From assembly GCF_009914755.1 (NCBI RefSeq), contig NC_060925.1: a stretch of 64,000 bases of DNA, one strand, 5' to 3'. Under the pieces are notes generated by a model. That model was given only the letters and a program-made list of their open reading frames with translations, did not search any database and was not told where the DNA came from. Of the stretch, positions 24,901 to 36,900 are shown in pieces. Each line of letters starts with the position of its first letter. The stretch's first letter is position 1. This DNA comes from the human T2T-CHM13v2.0 reference genome, Homo sapiens. Made by a program: the position numbers and the translations under genes.

Positions 24901-27900
24901 GCTCCATCCAAAGGAATGTTCAGCTCTGTGAGTTGAACTCAATCGTCACAAAGTGTTTCCTGGGAATGCTACTGTCTAGTTTTTATGGGCAGTTATATCC
25001 TCTGCTGCCATAGGCCTCAAAGCGGTCCAAATCTCCCCTTTCAGATTCTACCAAAAGTGTGTTTCCAAACGGCTCTATCAAAGGGAATGTTCAACTCTGT
25101 GACTTGAATGCAATCATCACAAAGCAGTTTCTGAGAATGCTTCCATGTAGCTTTTATGAGCAGATATTTCCTTTTCCACCCCAGGCCTCGAAGCCCTCCA
25201 AATGTCCCCTTGCAGATGCTAGAAAGAGAGGGTTTCAAAGCTGCTCTATCAAAAGGAAAGTACAACTCTGTGAGTTGAATGCAAACATCACAAAGAAGTT
25301 CCAGAGCATGCTTCCGTTTAGCTTTTATGGGAAGATTATCCCTTTTCCATCGAAATGTTCAAAGGGTTCCACATATCCGCTTGCAGATTCCACCGAAAGA
25401 GTGTTTCCAAACTGCTGTATCAAAAGGAATCTTCAACTCCGTGAGTTGAATGCAATCATCACAAAGAAGTTTCTGACAATGCTTCTCTCTAGTTTTTATG
25501 TGAAGATATTTCCTTTTCCACCACAGGCCTGAAAGCGCTCCAAATGTCCACTTGGAGACTCTACGAAAAGAATGTTTCAAAACTGCTCTATGAAAAGCAA
25601 TGTTATACTCTGGGAGTTGAACACAAGCCTCACAAAGGAGTTTCTGAGAATGCTTCTGTTTACTTTTTACGTGAAGATATTCCCGTTTCCAAAGAAATCT
25701 TCACAGGCTTCCACCTATCCATTTGCAGATGCTAGAAAAAGAGAGTTTCAAAACTGCTCTATCAAAAGGAATGTTCAACTCTGTGAGTTGAATGCAGTCA
25801 TCACAGAGAAGTTTCTGAGAAGGCTTCTGTCTAGATTTTATGTGAAGATATACCCGTTTCGAACAAAGGCCACAAAGTGCTCCAAATATCCACTTTCAGG
25901 TCCTCCAACAAGAGTGTTTCAAACGTGAACTATCAAAGGAAGGTTCAACTCTGGACTTTGAATGCAAACGTCAGAAAGATGTTTCTGCGAAAGCTTCTGT
26001 ATAGTTAGGTGACGTTATCCCGTTTCCAACGAAATCCTCAGAGAGGTCCAAATATCCACCTGCAGATTCTGCAAAAAGTGTGTTTCCAAACTGCTCCACC
26101 CAAAGGCATGTTCAGCTCTGTGAGTTAAACTCAATCATCACAAAGTATTTTCTGAGAATGCTTCTGTCCAGTTTTTACATGAAGCTGTTTCCTTTACTAC
26201 CGTAGGCCTCAAAGCGTTCCAAATCTCCACTTGCAGATACTACGAAAAGAGCGTTTCAACCTGAACTCACAAGGGAAGGTTCAACTCTGTCAGTTGAATG
26301 CCAACATCACAAAGAAATTCTGGGAGTGTTTCTCTTCAGTTATGTGAGTTTTATCCCGTTTCCAACGAAATTCTCAGAGAAGTACAAATATCCACTTGCA
26401 TATTCTACAAAAAGTGTGTTTTGAAAGTGCTCCATCAAAAGATATGCTCAGCTCTGTGAGTTAAACTCAATCATCACAAAGAATTTTCTGAGAATGCTTC
26501 TGTCTTGTTTTAGGATGAAGTTATTTCCTTTACGACGATAGGCCTCAAAGAGGTCCAAATCTCCACTTGCAGATTCTGCAGAAGAAGTGTTTCAAACCTG
26601 AACTATCAGAGAAAGGTTCAACACTGTGAGTTGAATGCAAGCATCACGAAGAAGGTTCTGAGAATGCTTCTGTTTAGATAGGTGAGTTTTCTCCCGTATC
26701 CAACGAAATCCTCAGAGAGGTCCAAATATCCACTTGCAGATTCTACAGAAAGTGTGTTTTGAAACTGCTCCATCCAAAGGAATGTTCAGCTCTGTGAGTT
26801 GAACTCAGTCGTCACAAAGTGTTTCCTAGGAATGCTACTGTCTAGTTTTTATGTGCAGTTATATCCTCTGCTGCCATAGGCCTCAAAGCGGTCCAAATCT
26901 CCCCTTTCAGATTCTACCAAAAGTGTGTTTCCAAACGGCTCTATCAAAGGGAATGTTCAACTCTGTGACTTGAATGCAATCATCACAAAGCAGTTTCTGA
27001 GAATGCTTCCATGTAGCATTTAGGAGCAGATATTTCCTTTTCCACCCCAGGCCTCGAAGCCCTCCAAATGTCCCCTTGCAGATGCTAGAAAGAGAGGGTT
27101 TCAAAGCTGCTCTATCAAAAGGAAAGTACAACTCTGTGAGATGAATGCAAACATCACAAAGAAGTTCCTGAGCATGCTTCCGTTTAGCTTTTATGGGAAG
27201 ATTATCCCTTTTCCATCGAAATGTTCAAAGAGGTCCACATATCCGCTTGCAGATTCCACCGAAAGAGTGTTTCCAAACTGCTGTATCAAAAGGAATCTTC
27301 AACTCCGTGAGTTGAATGCAATCATCACAAAGAAGTTTCTGACAATGCTTCTCTCTAGTTTTTATGTGAAGATATTTCCTTTTCCACCACAGGCCTGAAA
27401 GCGCTCCAAATGTCCACTTGGAGACTCTACGAAAAGAATGTTTCAAAACTGCTCTATGAAAAGCAATGTTATACTCTGGGAGTTGAACACAAGCCTCACA
27501 AAGGAGTTTCTGAGAATGCTTCTGTTTACTTTTTACGTGAAGATATTCCCGTTTCCAAAGAAATCTTCACAGGCTTCCACCTATCCATTTGCAGATGCTA
27601 GAAAAAGAGAGTTTCAAAACTGCTCTATCAAAAGGAATGTTCAACTCTGTGAGTTGAATGCAGTCATCACAGAGAAGTTTCTGAGAAGGCTTCTGTCTAG
27701 ATTTTATGTGAAGATATAGCCGTTTCGAACAAAGGCCACAATGTGCTCCAAATATCCACTTGCAGGTCCTCCAACAAGAGTGTTTCAAACGTGAACTATC
27801 AAAGGAAGGTTCAACTCTGGACTTTGAATGCAAACGTCAGAAAGATGTTTCTGCGAAAGCTTCTGTTTAGTTAGGTGACGTTATCCCGTTTCCAACGAAA

Positions 27901-30900
27901 TCCTCAGAGAGGTCCAAATATCCACCTGCAGATTCTGCAAAAAGTGTGTTTCCAAACTGCTCCACCCAAAGGCATGTTCAGCTCTGTGAGTTAAACTCAA
28001 TCATCACAAAGTATTTTCTGAGAATGCTTCTGTCCAGTTTTTACATGAAGCTGTTTCCTTTACTACCGTAGGCCTCAAAGCGTTCCAAATCTCCACTTGC
28101 AGATACTACGAAAAGAGCGTTTCAACCTGAACTCACGAGGGAAGGTTCAACTCTGTCAGTTGAATGCCAACATCACAAAGAAGTTCTGGGAATGTTTCTC
28201 TTCAGTTATGTGAGTTTTATCCCGTTTCCAACGAAATTCTCAGAGAAGTACAAATATCCACTTGCATATTCTACAAAAAGTGTGTTTTGAAAGTGCTCCA
28301 TCAAAAGATATGCTCAGCTCTGTGAGTTAAACTCAATCATCACAAAGAATTTTCTGAGAATGCTTCTGTCTTGTTTTAGGATGAAGTTATTTCCTTTACG
28401 ACGATAGGCCTCAAAGAGGTCCAAATCTCCACTTGCAGATTCTGCAGAAGGAGTGTTTCAAACCTGAACTATCAGAGAAAGGTTCAACACTGTGAGTTGA
28501 ATGCAAGCATTACGAAGAAGGTTCTGAGAATGCCTCCGTTTAGATAGGTGAGTTTTCTCCCGTATCCAACGATATCCTCAGAGAGGTCCAAATATCCACT
28601 TGCAGATTCTACAGAAAGTGTGTTTTGAAACTGCTCCATCCAAAGGAATGTTCAGCTCTGTGAGTTGAACTCAATCGTCACAAAGTGTTTCCTGGGAATG
28701 CTACTGTCTAGTTTTTATGGGCAGTTATATCCTCTGCTGCCATAGGCCTCAAAGCGGTCCAAATCTCCCCTTTCAGATTCTACCAAAAGTGTGTTTCCAA
28801 ACGGCTCTATCAAAGGGAATGTTCAACTCTGTGACTTGAATGCAATCATCACAAAGCAGTTTCTGAGAATGCTTCCATGTAGCTTTTATGAGCAGATATT
28901 TCCTTTTCCACCCCAGGCCTCGAAGCCCTCCAAATGTCCCCTAGCAGATGCTAGAAAGAGAGGGTTTCAAAGCTGCTCTATCAAAAGGAAAGTACAACTC
29001 TGTGAGTTGAATGCAAACATCACAAAGAAGTTCCTGAGCATGCTTCCGTTTAGCTTTTATGGGAAGATTATCCCTTTTCCATCGAAATGTTCAAAGAGTT
29101 CCACATATCCGCTTGCAGATTCCACCGAAAGAGTGTTTCCAAACTGCTGTATCAAAAGGAATCTTCAACTCCGTGAGTTGAATGCAATCATCACAAAGAA
29201 GTTTCTGACAACGCTTCTCTCTAGTTTTTATGTGAAGATATTTCCTTTTCCACCACAGGCCTGAAAGCGCTCCAAATGTCCACTTGGAGACTCTACGAAA
29301 AGAATGTTTCAAAACTGCTCTATGAAAAGCAATGTTATACTCTGGGAGTTGAACACAAGCCTCACAAAGGAGTTTCTGAGAATGCTTCTGTTTACTTTTT
29401 ACGTGAAGATATTCCCGTTTCCAAAGAAATCTTCACAGGCTTCCACCTATCCATTTGCAGATGCTAGAAAAAGAGAGTTTCAAAACTGCTCTATCAAAAG
29501 GAATGTTCAACTCTGTGAGTTGAATGCAGTCATCACAGAGAAGTTTCTGAGAAGGCTTCTGTCTAGATTTTATGTGAAGATATAGCCGTTTCGAACAAAG
29601 GCCACAAAGTGCTCCAAATATCCACTTGCAGGTCCTCCAACAAGAGTGTTTCAAACGTGAACTATCAAAGGAAGGTTCAACTCTGGACTTTGAATGCAAA
29701 CGTCAGAAAGATGTTTCTGCGAAAGCTTCTGTTTAGTTAGGTGACGTTATCCCGTTTCCAACGAAATCCTCAGAGAGGTCCAAATATCCACCTGCAGATT
29801 CTGCAAAAAGTGTGTTTCCAAACTGCTCCACCCAAAGGCATGTTCAGCTCTGTGAGTTAAACTCAATCATCACAAAGTATTTTCTGAGAATGCTTCTGTC
29901 CAGTTTTTACATGAAGCTGTTTCCTTTACTACCGTAGGCCTCAAAGCGTTCCAAATCTCCACTTGCAGATACTACGAAAAGAGCGTTTCAACCTGAACTC
30001 ACGAGGGAAGGTTCAACTCTGTCAGTTGAATGCCAACATCACAAAGAAGTTCTGGGAATGTTTCTCTTCAGTTATGTGAGTTTTATCCCGTTTCCAACGA
30101 AATTCTCAGAGAAGTACAAATATCCACTTGCATATTCGACAAAAAGTGTGTTTTGAAAGTGCTCCATCAAAAGATATGTTCAGCTCTGTGAGTTAAACTC
30201 AATCATCACAAAGAATTTTCTGAGAATGCTTCTGTCTTGTTTTAGGATGAAGTTATTTCCTTTACGACGATAGGCCTCAAAGAGGTCCAAATCTCCACTT
30301 GCAGATTCTGCAGAAGGAGTGTTTCAAACCTGAACTATCAGAGAAAGGTTCAACACTGTGAGTTGAATGCAAGCATTACGAAGAAGGTTCTGAGAATGCC
30401 TCTGTTTAGATAGGTGAGTTTTCTCCCGTATCCAACGAAATCCTCAGAGAGGTCCAAATATCCACTTGCAGATTCTACAGAAAGTGTGTTTTGAAACTGC
30501 TCCATCCAAAGGAATGTTCAGCTCTGTGAGTTGAACTCAATCGTCACAAATTGTTTCCTGGGAATGCTACTGTCTAGTTTTTATGGGCAGTTATATCCTC
30601 TGCTGCCATAGGCCTCAAAGCGGTCCAAATCTCCCCTTTCAGATTCTACCAAAAGTGTGTTTCCAAACGGCTCTATCAAAGGGAATGTTCAACTCTGTGA
30701 CTTGAATGCAATCATCACAAAGCAGTTTCTGAGAATGCTTCCATGTAGCTTTTATGAGCAGATATTTCCTTTTCCACCCCAGGCCTCGAAGCCCTCCAAA
30801 TGTCCCCTGGCAGATGCTAGAAAGAGAGGGTTTCAAAGCTGCTCTATCAAAAGGAAAGTACAACTCTGTGAGTTGAATGCAAACATCACAAAGAAGTTCC

Positions 30901-33900
30901 TGAACATGCTTCCGTTTAGCTTTTATGGGAAGATTATCCCTTTTCCATCGAAATGTTCAAAGAGGTCCACATATCCGCTTGCGGATTCCACCGAAAGAGT
31001 GTTTCCAAACTGCTGTATCAAAAGGAATCTTCAACTCCGTGAGTTGAATGCAATCATCACAAAGAAGTTTCTGACAACGCTTCTCTCTAGTTTTTATGTG
31101 AAGATATTTCCTTTTCCACCACAGGCCTGAAAGCGCTCCAAATGTCCACTTGGAGACTCTACGAAAAGAATGTTTCAAAACTGCTCTATGAAAAGCAATG
31201 TTATACTCTGGGAGTTGAACACAAGCCTCACAAAGGAGTTTCTGAGAATGCTTCTGTTTACTTTTTACGTGAAGATATTCCCGTTTCCAAAGAAATCTTC
31301 ACAGGCTTCCACCTATCCATTTGCAGATGCTAGAAAAAGAGAGTTTCAAAACTGCTCTATCAAAAGGAATGTTCAACTCTGTGAGTTGAATGCAGTCATC
31401 ACAGAGAAGTTTCTGAGAAGGCTTCTGTCTAGATTTTATGTGAAGATATAGCCGTTTCGAACAAAGGCCACAAAGTGCTCCAAATATCCACTTGCAGGTC
31501 CTCCAACAAGAGTGTTTCAAACGTGAACTATCAAAGGAAGGTTCAACTCTGGACTTTGAATGCAAACGTCAGAAAGATGTTTCTGCGAAAGCTTCTGTTT
31601 AGTTAGGTGACGTTATCCCGTTTCCAACGAAATCCTCAGAGAGGTCCAAATATCCACCTGCAGATTCTGCAAAAAGTGTGTTTCCAAACTGCTCCACCCA
31701 AAGGCATGTTCAGCTCTGTGAGTTAAACTCAATCATCACAAAGTATTTTCTGAGAATGCTTCTGTCCAGTTTTTACATGAAGCTGTTTCCTTTACTACCG
31801 TAGGCCTCAAAGCGTTCCAAATCTCCACTTGCAGATACTACGAAAAGAGCGTTTCAACCTGAACTCACAAGGGAAGGTTCAACTCTGTCAGTTGAATGCC
31901 AACATCACAAAGAAGTTCTGGGAATGTTTCTCTTCAGTTATGTGAGTTTTATCCCGTTTCCAACGAAATTATCAGAGAAGTACAAATATCCACTTGCATA
32001 TTCTACAAAAAGTGTGTTTTGAAAGTGCTCCATCAAAAGATATGCTCAGCTCTGTGAGTTAAACTCAATCATCACAAAGAATTTTCTGAGAATGCTTCTG
32101 TCTTGTTTTAGGATGAAGTTATTTCCTTTACGACGATAGGCCTCAAAGAGGTCCAAATCTCCACTTGCAGATTCTGCAGAAGGAGTGTTTCAAACCTGAA
32201 CTATCAGAGAAAGGTTCAACACTGTGAGTTGAATGCAAGCATTACGAAGAAGGTTCTGAGAATGCCTCTGTTTAGATAGGTGAGTTTTCTCCCGTATCCA
32301 ACGAAATCCTCAGAGAGGTCCAAATATCCACTTGCAGATTCTACAGAAAGTGTGTTTTGAAACTGCTCCATCCAAAGGAATGTTCAGCTCTGTGAGTTGA
32401 ACTCAATCGTCACAAAGTGTTTCCTGGGAATGCTACTGTCTAGTTTTTATGGGCAGTTATATCCTCTGCTGCCATAGGCCTCAAAGCGGTCCAAATCTCC
32501 CCTTTCAGATTCTACCAAAAGTGTGTTTCCAAACGGCTCTATCAAAGGGAATGTTCAACTCTGTGACTTGAATGCAATCATCACAAAGCAGTTTCTGAGA
32601 ATGCTTCCATGTAGCTTTTATGAGCAGATATTTCCTTTTCCACCCCAGGCCTCGAAGCCCTCCAAATGTCCCCTGGCAGATGCTAGAAAGAGAGGGTTTC
32701 AAAGCTGCTCTATCAAAAGGAAAGTACAACTCTGTGAGTTGAATGCAAACATCACAAAGAAGCTCCTGAGCATGCTTCCGTTTAGCTTTTATGGGAAGAT
32801 TATCCCTTTTACATCGAAATGTTCAAAGAGGTCCACATATCCGCTTGCGGATTCCACCGAAAGAGTGTTTCCAAACTGCTGTATCAAAAGGAATCTTCAA
32901 CTCCGTGAGTTGAATGCAATCATCACAAAGAAGTTTCTTACAATGCTTCTCTCTAGTTTTTATGTGAAGATATTTCCTTTTCCACCACAGGCCTGAAAGC
33001 GCTCCAAATGTCCACTTGGAGACTCTACGAAAAGAATGTTTCAAAACTGCTCTATGAAAAGCAATGTTATACTCTGGGAGTTGAACACAAGCCTCACAAA
33101 GGAGTTTCTGAGAATGCTTCTGTTTACTTTTTACGTGAAGATATTCCCGTTTCCAAAGAAATCTTCACAGACTTCCACCTATGCATTTGCAGATGCTAGA
33201 AAAAGAGAGTTTCAAAACTGCTCTATCAAAAGGAATGTTCAACTCTGTGAGTTGAATGCAGTCATCACAGAGAAGTTTCTGAGAAGGCTTCTGTCTAGAT
33301 TTTATGTGAAGATATACCCGTTCCGAACAAAGGCCACAAAGTGCTCCAAATATCCACTTGCAGGTCCTCCAACAAGAGTGTTTCAAACGTGAACTATCAA
33401 AGGAAGGTTCAACTCTGGACTTTGAATGCAAACGTCAGAAAGATGTTTCTGCGAAAGCTTCTGTTTAATTAGGTGACGTTATCCCGTTTCCAACGAAATC
33501 CTCAGAGAGGTCCAAATATCCACCTGCAGATTCTGCAAAAAGTGTGTTTCCAAACTGCTCCACCCAAAGGCATGTTCAGCTCTGTGAGTTAAACTCAATC
33601 ATCACAAAGTATTTTCTGAGAATGCTTCTGTCCAGTTTTTACATGAAGCTGTTTCCTTTACTACCGTAGGCCTCAAAGCGTTCCAAATCTCCACTTGCAG
33701 ATACTACGAAAAGAGCGTTTCAACCTGAACTCACAAGGGAAGGTTCAACTCTTTCAGTTCAATGCCAACATCACAAAGAAATTCTGGGAATGTTTCTCTT
33801 CAGTTATGTGAGTTTTATCCCGTTTCCAACGAAATTCTCAGAGAAGTACAAATATCCACTTGCATATTCTACAAAAAGTGTGTTTTGAAAGTGCTCCATC

Positions 33901-36900
33901 AAAAGATATGCTCAGCTCTGTGAGTTAAACTCAATCATCACAAAAATTTTCTGAGAATGCTTCTGTCTTGTTTTAGGATGAAGTTATTTCCTTTACGACG
34001 ATAGGCCTCAAAGAGGTCCAAATCTCCACTTGCAGATTCTGCAGAAGGAGTGTTTCAAACCTGAACTATCAGAGAAAGGTTCAACACTGTGAGTTGAATG
34101 CAAGCATCACGAAGAAGGTTCTGAGAATGCTTCTGTTTAGATAGGTGAGTTTTCTCCCGTATCCAACGAAATCCTCAGAGAGGTCCAAATATCCACTTGC
34201 AGATTCTACAGAAAGTGTGTTTTGAAACTGCTCCATCCAAAGGAATGTTCAGCTCTGTGAGTTGAACTCAATCGTCACAAAGTGTTTCCTGGGAATGCTA
34301 CTGTCTAGTTTTTATGGGCAGTTATATCCTCTGCTGCCATAGGCCTCAAAGCGGTCCAAATCTCCCCTTTCAGATTCTACCAAAAGTGTGTTTCCAAACG
34401 GCTCTATCAAAGGGAATGTTCAACTCTGTGACTTGAATGCAATCATCACAAAGCAGTTTCTGAGAATGCTTCCATGTAGCTTTTATGAGAAGATATTTCC
34501 TTTTCCACCCCAGGCCTCGAAGCCCTCCAAATGTCCCCTGGCAGATGCTAGAAAGAGAGGGTTTCAAAGCTGCTCTATCAAAAGGAAAGTACAACTCTGT
34601 GAGTTGAATGCAAACATCACAAAGAAGCTCCTGAGCATGCTTCCGTTTAGCTTTTATGGGAAGATTATCCCTTTTCCATCGAAATGTTCAAAGAGGTCCA
34701 CATATCCGCTTGCGGATTCCACCGAAAGAGTGTTTCCAAACTGCTGTATCAAAAGGAATCTTCAACTCCGTGAGTTGAATGCAATCATCACAAAGAAGTT
34801 TCTTACAATGCTTCTCTCTAGTTTTTATGTGAAGATATTTCCTTTTTCACCACAGGCCTGAAAGCGCTCCAAATGTCCACTTGGAGACTCTACGAAAAGA
34901 ATGTTTCAAAACTGCTCTATGAAAAGCAATGTTATACTCTGGGAGTTGAACACAAGCCTCACAAAGGAGTTTCTGAGAATGCTTCTGTTTACTTTTTACG
35001 TGAAGATATTCCCGTTTCCAAAGAAATCTTCACAGACTTCCACCTATGCATTTGCAGATGCTAGAAAAAGAGAGTTTCAAAACTGCTCTATCAAAAGGAA
35101 TGTTCAACTCTGTGAGTTGAATGCAGTCATCACAGAGAAGTTTCTGAGAAGGCTTCTGTCTAGATTTTATGTGAAGATATACCCGTTCCGAACAAAGGCC
35201 ACAAAGTGCTCCAAATATCCACTTGCAGGTCCTCCAACAAGAGTGTTTCAAACGTGAACTATCAAAGGAAGGTTCAACTCTGGACTTTGAATGCAAACGT
35301 CAGAAAGATGTTTCTGCGAAAGCTTCTGTTTAGTTAGGTGACGTTATCCCGTTTCCAACGAAATCCTCAGAGAGGTCCAAATATCCACCTGCAGATTCTG
35401 CAAAAAGTGTGTTTCCAAACTGCTCCACCCAAAGGCATGTTCAGCTCTGTGAGTTAAACTCAATCATCACAAAGTATTTTCTGAGAATGCTTCTGTCCAG
35501 TTTTTACATGAAGCTGTTTCCTTTACTACCGTAGGCCTCAAAGCGTTCCAAATCTCCACTTGCAGATACTACGAAAAGAGCGTTTCAACCTGAACTCACA
35601 AGGGAAGGTTCAACTCTTTCAGTTCAATGCCAACATCACAAAGAAATTCTGGGAATGTTTCTCTTCAGTTATGTGAGTTTTATCCCGTTTCCAACGAAAT
35701 TCTCAGAGAAGTACAAATATCCACTTGCATATTCTACAAAAAGTGTGTTTTGAAAGTGCTCCATCAAAAGATATGCTCAGCTCTGTGAGTTAAACTCAAT
35801 CATCACAAAAATTTTCTGAGAATGCTTCTGTCTTGTTTTAGGATGAAGTTATTTCCTTTACGACGATAGGCCTCAAAGAGGTCCAAATCTCCACTTGCAG
35901 ATTCTGCAGAAGGAGTGTTTCAAACCTGAACTATCAGAGAAAGGTTCAACACTGTGAGTTGAATGCAAGCATCACGAAGAAGGTTCTGAGAATGCTTCTG
36001 TTTAGATAGGTGAGTTTTCTCCCGTATCCAACGAAATCCTCAGAGAGGTCCAAATATCCACTTGCAGATTCTACAGAAAGTGTGTTTTGAAACTGCTCCA
36101 TCCAAAGGAATGTTCAGCTCTGTGAGTTGAACTCAATCGTCACAAATTGTTTCCTGGGAATGCTACTGTCTAGTTTTTATGGGCAGTTATATCCTCTGCT
36201 GCCATAGGCCTCAAAGCGGTCCAAATCTCCCCTTTCAGATTCTACCAAAAGTGTGTTTCCAAACGGCTCTATCAAAGGGAATGTTCAACTCTGTGACTTG
36301 AATGCAATCATCACAAAGCAGTTTCTGAGAATGCTTCCATGTAGCTTTTAGGAGAAGATATTTCCTTTTCCACCCCAGACCTCGAAGCCCTCCAAATGTC
36401 CCCTTGCAGATGCTAGAAAGAGAGGGTTTCAAAGCTGCTCTATCAAAAGGAAAGTACAACTCTGTGAGTTGAATGCAAACATCACAAAGAAGCTCCTGAG
36501 CATGCTTCCGTTTAGCTTTCATGGGAAGATTATCCCTTTTCCATCGAAATGTTCAAAGAGGTCCACATATCCGCTTGCAGATTCCACCGAAAGAGTGTTT
36601 CCAAACTGCTGTATCAAAAGGAATCTTCAACTCCGTGAGTTGAATGCAATCATCACAAAGAAGTTTCTGACAATGCTTCTCTCTAGTTTTTATGTGAAGA
36701 TATTTCCTTTTCCACCACAGGCCTGAAAGCACTCCAAATGTCCACTTGGAGACTCTACGAAAAGAATGTTTCAAAACTGCTCTATGAAAAGCAATGTTAT
36801 ACTCTGGGAGTTGAACACAAGCCTCACAAAGGAGTTTCTGAGAATGCTTCTGTTTACTTTTTACGTGAAGATATTCCCGTTTCCAAAGAAATCTTCACAG

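Noticed and set aside
12484-36738. A regular six-HOR super-period
   Set aside because: Only about two units match at the 11,194-bp offset, and the following units carry different markers.
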